From Candidatus Thalassarchaeum betae (GTDB taxonomy: Archaea; Thermoplasmatota; Poseidoniia; Poseidoniales; Thalassarchaeaceae): 59,705 nt of DNA. The notes below the pieces were generated by a model. It saw only the letters and a list, made by a program, of their open reading frames with translations. It did not search any database and was not told the origin of the DNA. The stretch is from contig PSPG01000010.1 of assembly GCA_003193925.1 (NCBI GenBank), positions 1 to 59,705 of the forward strand, given 5' to 3'. Every line of letters starts with the position of its first letter. The stretch's first letter is position 1. Shown piece by piece: positions 7,538 through 15,966 of this stretch. The translations under genes were made by a program, and so were the position numbers.

Positions 7538-9142
7538 AGCCGTCGCGTGAGTGTGCAGGTTGACTATAGTCAGGATGCAGGGCTTGGGCTGGAAGCCCAG
7601 CATGCGCTGGTAGTCGGTCTGGTCCTGCCAGGTAGAACTGTGTACCATCGTCGTGCCCTTGTAGTTGCCAGCGTAGTGACCGTGGACGTGGCCAGTGACG
7701 AATATATCGGGCACGGTCGAGATGACCATCCGGTCCTCAGGCTCTGGTGACAGTGGGGTCTTGCCTCCCCACGACGGTGCGAGGTGCCTGCGCTCCAGCA
7801 TCGACCTCATTGCCAGTTCGGGGGCCGAGTAGGTAACAGAGCGCAGCCCAGCGACGAAGTCGTCAATGCTCTTGCCGTGGTAGGATAGGATGCGGACGCC
7901 GTGCAGGCTGAAGTCGCAGGGGTTTCCTACGAACAAGGCGTTCGAGTAGTCCTGCTGGACCTCGGGGTCCAATGCTGGCTGGGGCTCCGCTGGACGGACT
8001 GCGTCGTGGTTGCCGGGCAGAATCATCAGGTCGACCCAATCGGGAAGGCCCTCGAGCAGCCTAGCTAATTCCCCATACTGGTTGAACAGGTCGGTGATGG
8101 CCAGATGGCGTTCCTGCCCGGGATATATCCCCACCCCGTCAACGCCGTCACCACTCAGTACGAAGTACTTCACAGTCCGAGCCAGGGGGTCGGTCCTGAA
8201 CCACTCGATCATCTTCTCCCATTGCGGAGCTAGGAAGGTCTTGCTACCGACGTGGACATCGGACAAGAAGGCCGCCGAGACCGCCTCGTCCTCGCTGGCA
8301 GTGGCCTTGGAGTGCCGGCCCAAGGGAGGCATGTGAATGTCGCTGATCCAGAACAGCGGGCTCCTCTCCCCAATCAGGAAGTACCCGCTGACTCCGACTG
8401 TGTCGTCGTTCATCAAGCCGTCCAAAGCAGGATGGAGGTTCGAGGCTCCGGACGGGGCCTTGAGGGAGCAGCGGATCTGCATCGTCTCGTCCTCGATGAC
8501 GAAGTTGAGGTTGCCGGCCCTCGACCATCTCGACTCGCTCACGAGGCCCACCAAAGTGACCTCGTACTCGCTGCTGGAGTAGCGCTGCCTGTTGCGCCAC
8601 GCCTCGGAGTTGCTGATAGGACGGCGCGGCAGGGCTCGACCGGCAATCATCATCTGGCGAATCTGGCGCAAGCGATCGGAGAAGCAAGACTGCATATCGT
8701 GCATCTTCCCCTCTGTAGTCGAGTGCCCGGTGATGTCGAAGTGGATCTCGATTTCGGCGTCGACGTCCCTAGCTTCCATCGGGAAGTCGTCGAGGCTGTA
8801 CTGCGCCAACCCGTGTCTGCGTGGTGCGGGGGTATAGTCAGGAGTGGCCACCGGAGCCAGTGTGCGGCCGATGGGATAGTGGCTCTCTGGGTCGGCCAAA
8901 GTGGCCTGTGCGGTTCTGATGGCAACTGGCGGAGCCTCGATGGTCTGCTCGGTCGGAACCAGTGTCAGCATCTCGTCGATTGCCCTCTCGCTGAGCATCA
9001 CGACGTTGGAACTCTGAGCCGCCTCGATCAGCGGCGCTAGGTCCTGCAGGCTCTGGACCTTCTCCTGGGCGGCCCTGCCGATTACCAGCAGTCCGGCGGC
9101 AGCGAGCGTTCGCTGCCGTTCTGCCCAATCCTCGCCAGCCAT
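7520..9142 (-). CDS. polB: DNA polymerase D small subunit DP1 (proofreading exonuclease)
   Basis: OB fold plus metallophosphoesterase motifs SDVHVGS, GDGVDGVGIYPGQ, PGNHD, YHG, GHVH. Confidence 0.93.
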   Translation of the reverse strand: MAGEDWAERQRTLAAAGLLVIGRAAQEKVQSLQDLAPLIEAAQSSNVVMLSERAIDEMLTLVPTEQTIEAPPVAIRTAQATLADPESHYPIGRTLAPVATPDYTPAPRRHGLAQYSLDDFPMEARDVDAEIEIHFDITGHSTTEGKMHDMQSCFSDRLRQIRQMMIAGRALPRRPISNSEAWRNRQRYSSSEYEVTLVGLVSESRWSRAGNLNFVIEDETMQIRCSLKAPSGASNLHPALDGLMNDDTVGVSGYFLIGERSPLFWISDIHMPPLGRHSKATASEDEAVSAAFLSDVHVGSKTFLAPQWEKMIEWFRTDPLARTVKYFVLSGDGVDGVGIYPGQERHLAITDLFNQYGELARLLEGLPDWVDLMILPGNHDAVRPAEPQPALDPEVQQDYSNALFVGNPCDFSLHGVRILSYHGKSIDDFVAGLRSVTYSAPELAMRSMLERRHLAPSWGGKTPLSPEPEDRMVISTVPDIFVTGHVHGHYAGNYKGTTMVHSSTWQDQTDYQRMLGFQPKPCILTIVNLHTHATASIPFA

Positions 9143-9214
9143 CCGCCTGAGCAGTGCTCGGGACGCTCATGATGATATCGCCTGAAACCGGCCACCGGTG
9201 CCGTAGGCACCGTT

Positions 9215-9904
9215 TCACTCGTCCCAGTCTGTGAGCGAAGCGAGGTCGACCTTGGAGATCTCCTCTGCGACCGTCTTCTTCGAGCCCTGCCAGCTCATGC
9301 TACCCTCCCACTCCTTGTCTGAGGGGTCGAGCTCGGAAGTGTCTATGGGGGACGGCTCCGCCTCGCTGCTAGAGGCCTTGGAAGCCTTTGCCTCGGTTTC
9401 CGCCACCCTATCTAGGGCCTCGAGGACGAGTCGGAACGCGAAGGCCACGAATGAGCGCTTGTTGTCGAGTCGGTCGTTCTCCCCGAAGTCCATCCGGCGG
9501 ACCAGGAAGTAATCTCCGGTCACCACCGCTACGTGGACCCTGCCGACCTCCTTCTCGGGTGTGGCCCCTCCAGGCCCGGCTATCCCCGTGATGGAGATAG
9601 CCATGTCGGAGTCCGACTGGTAGCGAGCGCCTCTGGCCATCTGAACCGCGACCTCGTGGGAGACCGCACCGGCCTCGCCCTCATCGAAGGCGGTCTTCTC
9701 GACTCCGAGCTCGCGCATCTTGGACTCGTTGCAGTACACCACCCACCCCTGCTTGAACCACTCAGAGGCCCCGGAAATGTCGGTAATCAGCGAAGCGAGC
9801 AGTCCGCCGGTGCAGGACTCGGCCGTAGAGACGGTCCATCCGCGCTTGCGCAGGCGGCGGGTCACTCGGGAGGCCAGTCCCGCAGTCTCTTCGACCACGT
9901 TCAC
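9215..9904 (-). CDS. CinA/PncC-family NMN deamidase with acidic C-terminal tail
   Basis: AESCTGG, GAS, GAVS, SITGIAGPGG. Confidence 0.88.
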   Translation of the reverse strand: MNVVEETAGLASRVTRRLRKRGWTVSTAESCTGGLLASLITDISGASEWFKQGWVVYCNESKMRELGVEKTAFDEGEAGAVSHEVAVQMARGARYQSDSDMAISITGIAGPGGATPEKEVGRVHVAVVTGDYFLVRRMDFGENDRLDNKRSFVAFAFRLVLEALDRVAETEAKASKASSSEAEPSPIDTSELDPSDKEWEGSMSWQGSKKTVAEEISKVDLASLTDWDE

Positions 9905-9954
9905 CGGCCATAGCCGACACTCTTGAGAGTTTCAGTCGCCATCTTGCTGCCAAT

Positions 9955-9989
9955 CGGCCCCGAGCATAGCGAAATGCTGCTTTGGGCCG
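9955..9989 (-). terminator. Stem-loop downstream of tRNA-Val (possible terminator or trailer structure)
   Basis: CGGCCC...GGGCCG outer stem with an inner AGCA/TGCT stem. Confidence 0.35.
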
Positions 9990-10001
9990 GATATCGTGGA
10001 T

Positions 10002-10077
10002 TGGTGGGTCCGGCAGGAATCGAACCTGCGATCTTCGCTTTGTAAGAGCGATGTCATAACCCCTAGACCACGGACCC
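10002..10077 (-). tRNA. tRNA-Val(TAC)
   Basis: GGGTCCG...CGGACCCACCA; anticodon arm TCGCT-CT-TAC-AA-AGCGA; CCA encoded. Confidence 0.96.
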
Positions 10078-10143
10078 TAGGAGAGCGGACAAGCGTTGTG
10101 TTCAAATCCTCTGCGGCCGAACGGTTGGTACAGGGGAGTGCGG

Positions 10144-11136
10144 ATGAAGGATATTTCGGACTTGATTGGGCGGCTGAAGGCCGCAGGAGTCCCCCTCGAT
10201 GAGAGCATCGAGGAGGCGATGGTCTCTGTGGACCCGGCATGCTTCACCGACCACCATCTGGAGCCGTTCTTGAGGGACAGCCCTGTCCCGTTCCTAGTGA
10301 CTGAGGGCGGTGCCGCCAAGACGATCTCGGCCCCGCACATGGTGGCCACGCTGCTGCACCACCTCGAAGTGAGAGAGGGCCAGCACGTCCTGCTGTTGGG
10401 CTCCAAGGGAGGCTACCTCGCTGCCCTGCTGGACCGTATGCTAGGCCCGGACGGCGCGGTGACCATCATCGAGCCGCATGCCGAGGTCCTGCTCCATACC
10501 ACCGAGAGGCTGGAGATGCACGACTCGATGGGGCTCCTGAGAGTCCTCCCTCCCGAGGCACTTGAGGGCTGGGACGGGTTGAACAGGCGTGTCGACAGGG
10601 TCCTGGTGACCGGGGCCGTGCGAATGCTTCCCCCCGAGATCGAAGCTATGGTCGAAGACGGCGGATTCGTTCTCGGGCCCTTCGGGGGGCCGGTGCACCA
10701 GAGGCTGCTCAAGCGCGAGAAGCAGGGGGACGAGTGGTTCGACACCGACCTCGGGGCTGTGGTTTTCGGGCCGATGGACCTCAACGAGTCCGAGCGCTCC
10801 CCACTGGACCCGCACTCGCTCGCCGACCACCTTGAGGACATACTGGGGCTGATGTCCGGGGTCATCGATATCGAGGATGAAGCGCTCGATCGCCTCGAAG
10901 GCCTCATCACCTCTCTCAGGGAACTGCCTCCCGACCTGCCCCCGCTCGATGAAGACTCGACTGAGGACGAGATCCTCGAGCACCCTGTGATGGAGTTGCT
11001 TCTGATGGAGATGGAGTGGCTCGGCCCGATGTGGCCGCTCTTCGGCGAGTACCTGCCGATCGAGTTGGCCAATCCGGGCTCTCCGGACGACGAGGAGCCG
11101 GGAATGACTGGTGGGCACGAGGACCTCGTCCCGTGA
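10144..11136 (+). CDS. Protein-L-isoaspartate O-methyltransferase-like protein with acidic C-terminal extension
   Basis: TISAPHMVA motif, GYLAALL...G.V.IIE, DRVLVTGA; degenerate SAM motif. Confidence 0.78.
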   Translation: MKDISDLIGRLKAAGVPLDESIEEAMVSVDPACFTDHHLEPFLRDSPVPFLVTEGGAAKTISAPHMVATLLHHLEVREGQHVLLLGSKGGYLAALLDRMLGPDGAVTIIEPHAEVLLHTTERLEMHDSMGLLRVLPPEALEGWDGLNRRVDRVLVTGAVRMLPPEIEAMVEDGGFVLGPFGGPVHQRLLKREKQGDEWFDTDLGAVVFGPMDLNESERSPLDPHSLADHLEDILGLMSGVIDIEDEALDRLEGLITSLRELPPDLPPLDEDSTEDEILEHPVMELLLMEMEWLGPMWPLFGEYLPIELANPGSPDDEEPGMTGGHEDLVP

Positions 11137-11160
11137 CCCTGAAATCGAAGGCGAAAGGGG

Positions 11161-11586
11161 CTAATTCACCTCGGTATCTCCAGTTGCCGCCTCTGCCAGA
11201 CGGGACAGCGGGACGGATATCGGCGGCAGGTGGTCAGAGAGCAGGTGCCTGGAGGTCTTAGGGGGGAATAACTCGCCTGAGAGTGCGGCTTCGATGACTT
11301 CTGATTTCTCCAGGGACTCCCTGCCACTCTTGGGCCATATAGCGAGGATGATGCCGTCGTCATCGAGATAGTCGACCAATACGCAAGGCAAGCACTTCAA
11401 TTCCAGTCGCAGTGCCACCTCGGTGCGATGGTGGCCATCTAGTATGGTGCCCGTCTTCCGGTCAATCAGGAGTGGTTTTGTGTAAGCCCTCCAGCGCAGG
11501 GTCATCCTCTCCAACTGGTCCACTTTGTCCGGCATTATCTGCTCGTGCGGCCGCAGGACCTCGATAGGCACCAGTTCTACCTTCAC
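11161..11586 (-). CDS. ParB/Srx-fold protein, SerK/SbnI-like (minimal form)
   Basis: RPHEQ, KPLL, LDGHHR, PCVLVDY, FPPKTSRH. Confidence 0.75.
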   Translation of the reverse strand: MKVELVPIEVLRPHEQIMPDKVDQLERMTLRWRAYTKPLLIDRKTGTILDGHHRTEVALRLELKCLPCVLVDYLDDDGIILAIWPKSGRESLEKSEVIEAALSGELFPPKTSRHLLSDHLPPISVPLSRLAEAATGDTEVN

Positions 11587-11659
11587 AGCGGTGAGACAGG
11601 CCGTCGACCAATATGCCTAACGCCCGAAGCAATCATGTCCGATAGTCCGTCGGCGCACC

Positions 11660-12901
11660 ATGGAGCGCGCCCTCGGGCACCTCAGCGAAGCCGATTGTCA
11701 GGTCCTTGCTAGGCTACGCTCCGCAGGCGAGGCGTGGATAGTCGGCGGCTGGGTCAGAGAAGCTGTCGCCGGGGATCGGGCGGATGAGCTCGATATCGCT
11801 ACCAGCCTTCACCCCGCCGAGGTCAAGGAGCTGTTCCCACGCTCGCTGATGGTGGGCGAGAAGTACGGGACCGTGATAGTGAGGCTGGACGAGGGGAGTG
11901 CCGGTGAGCCAATCTGGGAGGTCACCACCCTGCGCAGCGAAGGGAACTACGGCGATGGCAGGAGGCCTGACGAGGTCGAGTTCGGGAACAACATCGAGGA
12001 TGACTTGGCTCGCCGTGACTTCACCATCAACGCTATGGCAATCGATGCTGAGGGCTCGCTGATCGACCCCTACAGCGGGGTCGCTGACCTCCAAGTTGGG
12101 ATTCTGCGCTCCGTCGGAGACCCCAGCGAGAGGCTCGGGGAAGACGGTCTTCGCATCATGCGCGCCTTCCGGTTCCTCGACTCCGAGAGTGGCACGCGTC
12201 ATATGGACCCCGGACTCAGAGCTGCGGTCAGCGAGAACTCGGAGATGCTGGATATGGTCTCCCGAGAGAGAATTGGGGCGGAGATGGAACGGATTCTCTC
12301 CGGCAGGAGTCTCCGAGATATACTCTCGCAGATGAGTGGTGATGGGGTGTTGGAGAGAGTCCTGCCGGGAATCGGCACGACCACTGAGCCTGCATTCGGC
12401 GGGAACTGTATCGTCAACCTCGCTCTGCTGTGCAGCGCCGAGGCCGATGACGGCGGTGCGCTCGCTGAGAAGTTACGTGCCTCGTTGGTCTTGGCGAAGG
12501 AGCCCCTGCGGGCAATCTCCTTCCTGCATGACAGGAGAGGCGCCTCGCTATCAGTCGAAATCGGCAGCCTGAGGCGCTTCAGGGCAGCCCTACCAGAGAC
12601 CTGGCAGGAGCTCTTCATTTCCTATTCCGAGGGATTGGGGCGCGATGTCGGCGAGTTCAGAGGCGCATTGGCCTCGCTGGAGTCGCTCAAGGCCGGGAAC
12701 GGCCCTCTGGTCGACGGTAAGATGCTGATGGAGGCGACCGGGCTCGGGCCGGGTCCGCGAATGGGGAGGCTCAAGGGCCGGTTGCACAGGATGCAGGTCG
12801 AGCGCGACCTCTCGTCTAGCGATGATGTGCTCTCCTTGCTTGAGGAACTGGACTGGGTCGATTCGGAGCACGAGGAGTGGCCGGCCCTGTCTTGGCCCTA
12901 A
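11660..12901 (+). CDS. Class II (bacterial-type) tRNA nucleotidyltransferase / poly(A) polymerase family
   Basis: VGGWVRE...ELDIAT, EVTTLR, RRDFTINAMA, EDGLRIMRAFRF, SRERIGAE. Confidence 0.9.
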   Translation: MERALGHLSEADCQVLARLRSAGEAWIVGGWVREAVAGDRADELDIATSLHPAEVKELFPRSLMVGEKYGTVIVRLDEGSAGEPIWEVTTLRSEGNYGDGRRPDEVEFGNNIEDDLARRDFTINAMAIDAEGSLIDPYSGVADLQVGILRSVGDPSERLGEDGLRIMRAFRFLDSESGTRHMDPGLRAAVSENSEMLDMVSRERIGAEMERILSGRSLRDILSQMSGDGVLERVLPGIGTTTEPAFGGNCIVNLALLCSAEADDGGALAEKLRASLVLAKEPLRAISFLHDRRGASLSVEIGSLRRFRAALPETWQELFISYSEGLGRDVGEFRGALASLESLKAGNGPLVDGKMLMEATGLGPGPRMGRLKGRLHRMQVERDLSSSDDVLSLLEELDWVDSEHEEWPALSWP

Positions 12902-13407
12902 GGCAGCTCGTTGAGCATCTCGATGTACTCTGCCTGGTCGAGGAACTGGTCCTCGTCGAAATCATGCGGCTTGACTATCATGCACCAACCGTCGCCGTAG
13001 GCATCGTCGTTGACCAGATCAGGGCTGTCCTCGACCTCGCCGTTCAGTTCCAGAATCTTACACGGGAACGGGGAGTTGATCAGAAGGGTCTCCACATCCC
13101 CGTCGAGGTTGGCTAAGACAGTGATCAGCAGGTCCTCCACCCCCACCTCGTCACCACTGCCCATCATGCCCGGGGAGTCATCGTCGGGACTCTCCGAATC
13201 TGAATCTAATTCGAACTTGAACTCGCTATCGTCCTCCGGACGAGTCAGCACCACTCGGACGATGTCACCGTATTCGGCACGCACGAACTCGCTGATGCCG
13301 ACCTTGACCGTCCCGTCCCTGTCATCCAACGCCTGGAGCCACAGATGCTCCAGCGTGTACTTACGGTCATGAGCGACGCTAAACTCGAAATAATCGCCGT
13401 CTGCCAT
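12898..13407 (-). CDS. Glycine cleavage H-protein-like protein lacking the lipoyl-lysine motif
   Basis: YTLEHLW, VKVGISEF...GDIV, SP...ILELN, PDLVNDDAYGDGW; no ESVK motif. Confidence 0.8.
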   Translation of the reverse strand: MADGDYFEFSVAHDRKYTLEHLWLQALDDRDGTVKVGISEFVRAEYGDIVRVVLTRPEDDSEFKFELDSDSESPDDDSPGMMGSGDEVGVEDLLITVLANLDGDVETLLINSPFPCKILELNGEVEDSPDLVNDDAYGDGWCMIVKPHDFDEDQFLDQAEYIEMLNELP

Positions 13408-13526
13408 GTTGATTCCGCATCGGCGGCTCAGATATCCAATTTGAACTATTCGATTGGGCATGCGTCCCACAGGGACGACCAAGAGGGATTAACAACAGAA
13501 CCCGTCTCGGTCGAGCGGGGAGAGAG

Positions 13527-14702
13527 ATGGACTTCCGCGAGACCGAGGAACAGGGCATGATTCGCGCTATGGTGCGGGACTTCGCCGAGGAAGTTCTGGC
13601 ACCCACATGCCTTGAGAGAGACAGGGCGCAGGCAGCCCCCTTGGACGAGTGGAGTGTGTTCTGCGGCTACGGCCTGCAGGGGATCACGATCCCCGAGGAT
13701 TACGGCGGCAGTCCGGTCGACGACGTCTCCGAGGCCATCATCGTCGAGGAACTCGCACGGGTCGATGCATCGTTCTCAGTGATGTTCTGCGTTCACGTCG
13801 GACTGTGCTCGAAGACCATCGCCCTGCACGGCAACGAGCAGCAGAAGAAGGAGTACCTGCCGCGGCTTGCTGGAAGTGAGATCGGCGCCTACTCGCTGTC
13901 CGAAGCCGGCGCCGGCACAGATGCGGCTGCCCTGAGTTGCAGGGCTAAATTGAGCGACGACGGCAGCCACTACTTGCTCAACGGCGAGAAGATGTGGGTG
14001 ACCAACGGCGTCAGCGCGGACATCTACGTGCTGTTCGCCAAGGATGTCGACCACCCTGACTACGGCGAGAAGAAGCACGGGGGGACCACCGCTTTCATCA
14101 TCGAGAGGTCGTTCGAGGGCTTCTCGGTCGGCAAGAAGGAGGACAAGCTGGGCATTCGCTCCAGCGACACCTGCTCGCTGCTGCTGGAAAACTGCAAGGT
14201 CCCGGTGGAGAACGTCCTCAAAGCACCGGGCGAGGGCTTTCCCATCGCTATGAACGCCCTCGACAACTCCAGAATCGGCATCGCGGCTCAGGCACTGGGC
14301 ATCGCTCAGGGCGCCTTCGAGGCAGCGCTGAACTACGCTCACGAGAGGGTCTCCTTCGGCAAGCCCATCGCCCACCATCAGAGTGTGGGCAACTACCTCG
14401 CCGACATGGCCACCCGCACCGAGGCTGCTCGGATGATGGTATACAAGGCCGCCTGGGCCAAGCAGAGACACTACGAGGAGGGGGCTGCGAGACACACCAA
14501 GGAGGCGAGCATGGCCAAGCTGTTCGCCGGGGACACGGCGATGTGGGTCTCAGAGAGGGCCGTGCAGGTGCTGGGCGGTTACGGATACACCACGGACTTC
14601 CCAGTCGAGCGCTTCTTCCGCGACGCCAAGATCACCCAAATCTACGAGGGCACTCAAGAGGTTCAGAGAATCGTCATCAACCGCTCCATAGCACCAGAAT
14701 GA
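13527..14702 (+). CDS. Acyl-CoA dehydrogenase (short/branched-chain type)
   Basis: YSLSEAGAGTD, NGEKMWVTNG, QVLGGYG, QIYEGTQEVQR. Confidence 0.93.
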   Translation: MDFRETEEQGMIRAMVRDFAEEVLAPTCLERDRAQAAPLDEWSVFCGYGLQGITIPEDYGGSPVDDVSEAIIVEELARVDASFSVMFCVHVGLCSKTIALHGNEQQKKEYLPRLAGSEIGAYSLSEAGAGTDAAALSCRAKLSDDGSHYLLNGEKMWVTNGVSADIYVLFAKDVDHPDYGEKKHGGTTAFIIERSFEGFSVGKKEDKLGIRSSDTCSLLLENCKVPVENVLKAPGEGFPIAMNALDNSRIGIAAQALGIAQGAFEAALNYAHERVSFGKPIAHHQSVGNYLADMATRTEAARMMVYKAAWAKQRHYEEGAARHTKEASMAKLFAGDTAMWVSERAVQVLGGYGYTTDFPVERFFRDAKITQIYEGTQEVQRIVINRSIAPE

Positions 14703-14710
14703 GGTGTTCC

Positions 14711-15961
14711 ATGGCCGCTTTCCCGATCGACGAGGTGCGCTCGAGGTTCCCTGGCCTGCAACGCATGGTCGATGGCCGTCAGGCAATCTTCTTCGACGGA
14801 CCGGGAGGCAGTCAGGCGCCCGATTCGGTCGGCGACGCCGTCAGGCACTACCTGATGCACCAGAACGCGAACGTCGGTATGTCGTTCGCGACCTCCGTGG
14901 AGACGGACCGCCTGATCGACGACGCATTGCGGGCCTGCGCCGACTTCGTCGGTTGCGATGACCACAGGGAGATAGTGTTCGGCCATAACATGACCAGTCT
15001 CACCATACAGCTGGCGGGCGCCCTGAGCAGAACCTGGGGTCCGGGCGACGAAGTCGTGGTCACCAGACTCGACCACGATGCAAACGTGCGCCCGTGGATG
15101 CTGGCTGCAGAGTGGTCGGGTGCTACCCTGCGTCGAGTCGACATAAACCCGGACGACTGCACGCACGACCAAGCCTCACTCAAGGACTCGATCAACGAGA
15201 ACACCGTCCTCGTCGCCATCGGTGCGGCCTCGAACCTGTCTGGTACCATCAACGACGTATCCGTAATCGCCGAGAAGGTTCACGCCGTGGGCGCTGAGGT
15301 CTTCGTCGACGCAGTTCACTTCGCGCCTCACTGCCTCATCGACGTAGGGGCGATGGGCTGCGATTACCTCGCCTGCTCCTCGTACAAGTTCTTCGGGACC
15401 CACCAGGGGGTGCTTTGGGGCCGGGCGAACAGGCTCGCCGAATTGCCGGTGGCCAAGCTCCGGGTCGCCTCAGAGGAGATTCCGTTCCGATGGATGACCG
15501 GCACCCAGAACCACGAGGCGATGGCCGGCACCATCGCCGCTATCGAGCACATCGCCTGGATAGGGCGCAGCGTCGCAGGAGCTGGTTTGGGTAGGAGGGA
15601 CGCGCTGCGCTGCGCCTTCGATGCCATCGAGGAGTACGAACGAACTCTGTGCTGGAGGATCATCGATGGACTGCGAGCCATCGATGGCATTATGATATGG
15701 GGGATCACCGACTCAGGACGCAATGCCGAGAGGGCGCCTACGGTCTCTTTCACCCACGACTCGATGAGCCCGCGCCAGATTGCTGACGAATTGGCGGGCC
15801 GCGGGATCTTCGTCTGGGCAGGGAACTTCTACGCCCTAGAACTCACCGAGGCGCTCGACCTCGAGCCCGATGGCGTGCTGCGAGTCGGCGTGCTGCACTA
15901 CAACACGATGGATGAGGTCGAGAGTTTCCTCCATGAGTTGGCAGACATACTCTCGTGTTGA
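14711..15961 (+). CDS. Cysteine desulfurase-like class V PLP enzyme
   Basis: FFDGPGGSQ, LDHDANV, VDAVHFAPH, SSYKFFG, LHYN. Confidence 0.87.
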   Translation: MAAFPIDEVRSRFPGLQRMVDGRQAIFFDGPGGSQAPDSVGDAVRHYLMHQNANVGMSFATSVETDRLIDDALRACADFVGCDDHREIVFGHNMTSLTIQLAGALSRTWGPGDEVVVTRLDHDANVRPWMLAAEWSGATLRRVDINPDDCTHDQASLKDSINENTVLVAIGAASNLSGTINDVSVIAEKVHAVGAEVFVDAVHFAPHCLIDVGAMGCDYLACSSYKFFGTHQGVLWGRANRLAELPVAKLRVASEEIPFRWMTGTQNHEAMAGTIAAIEHIAWIGRSVAGAGLGRRDALRCAFDAIEEYERTLCWRIIDGLRAIDGIMIWGITDSGRNAERAPTVSFTHDSMSPRQIADELAGRGIFVWAGNFYALELTEALDLEPDGVLRVGVLHYNTMDEVESFLHELADILSC

Positions 15962-15966
15962 GAGCG

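Noticed and set aside
11161-11586. Chromosome or plasmid partitioning ParB
   Set aside because: No HTH or dimerisation domain, no ParA neighbour; motifs fit SerK/SbnI better.
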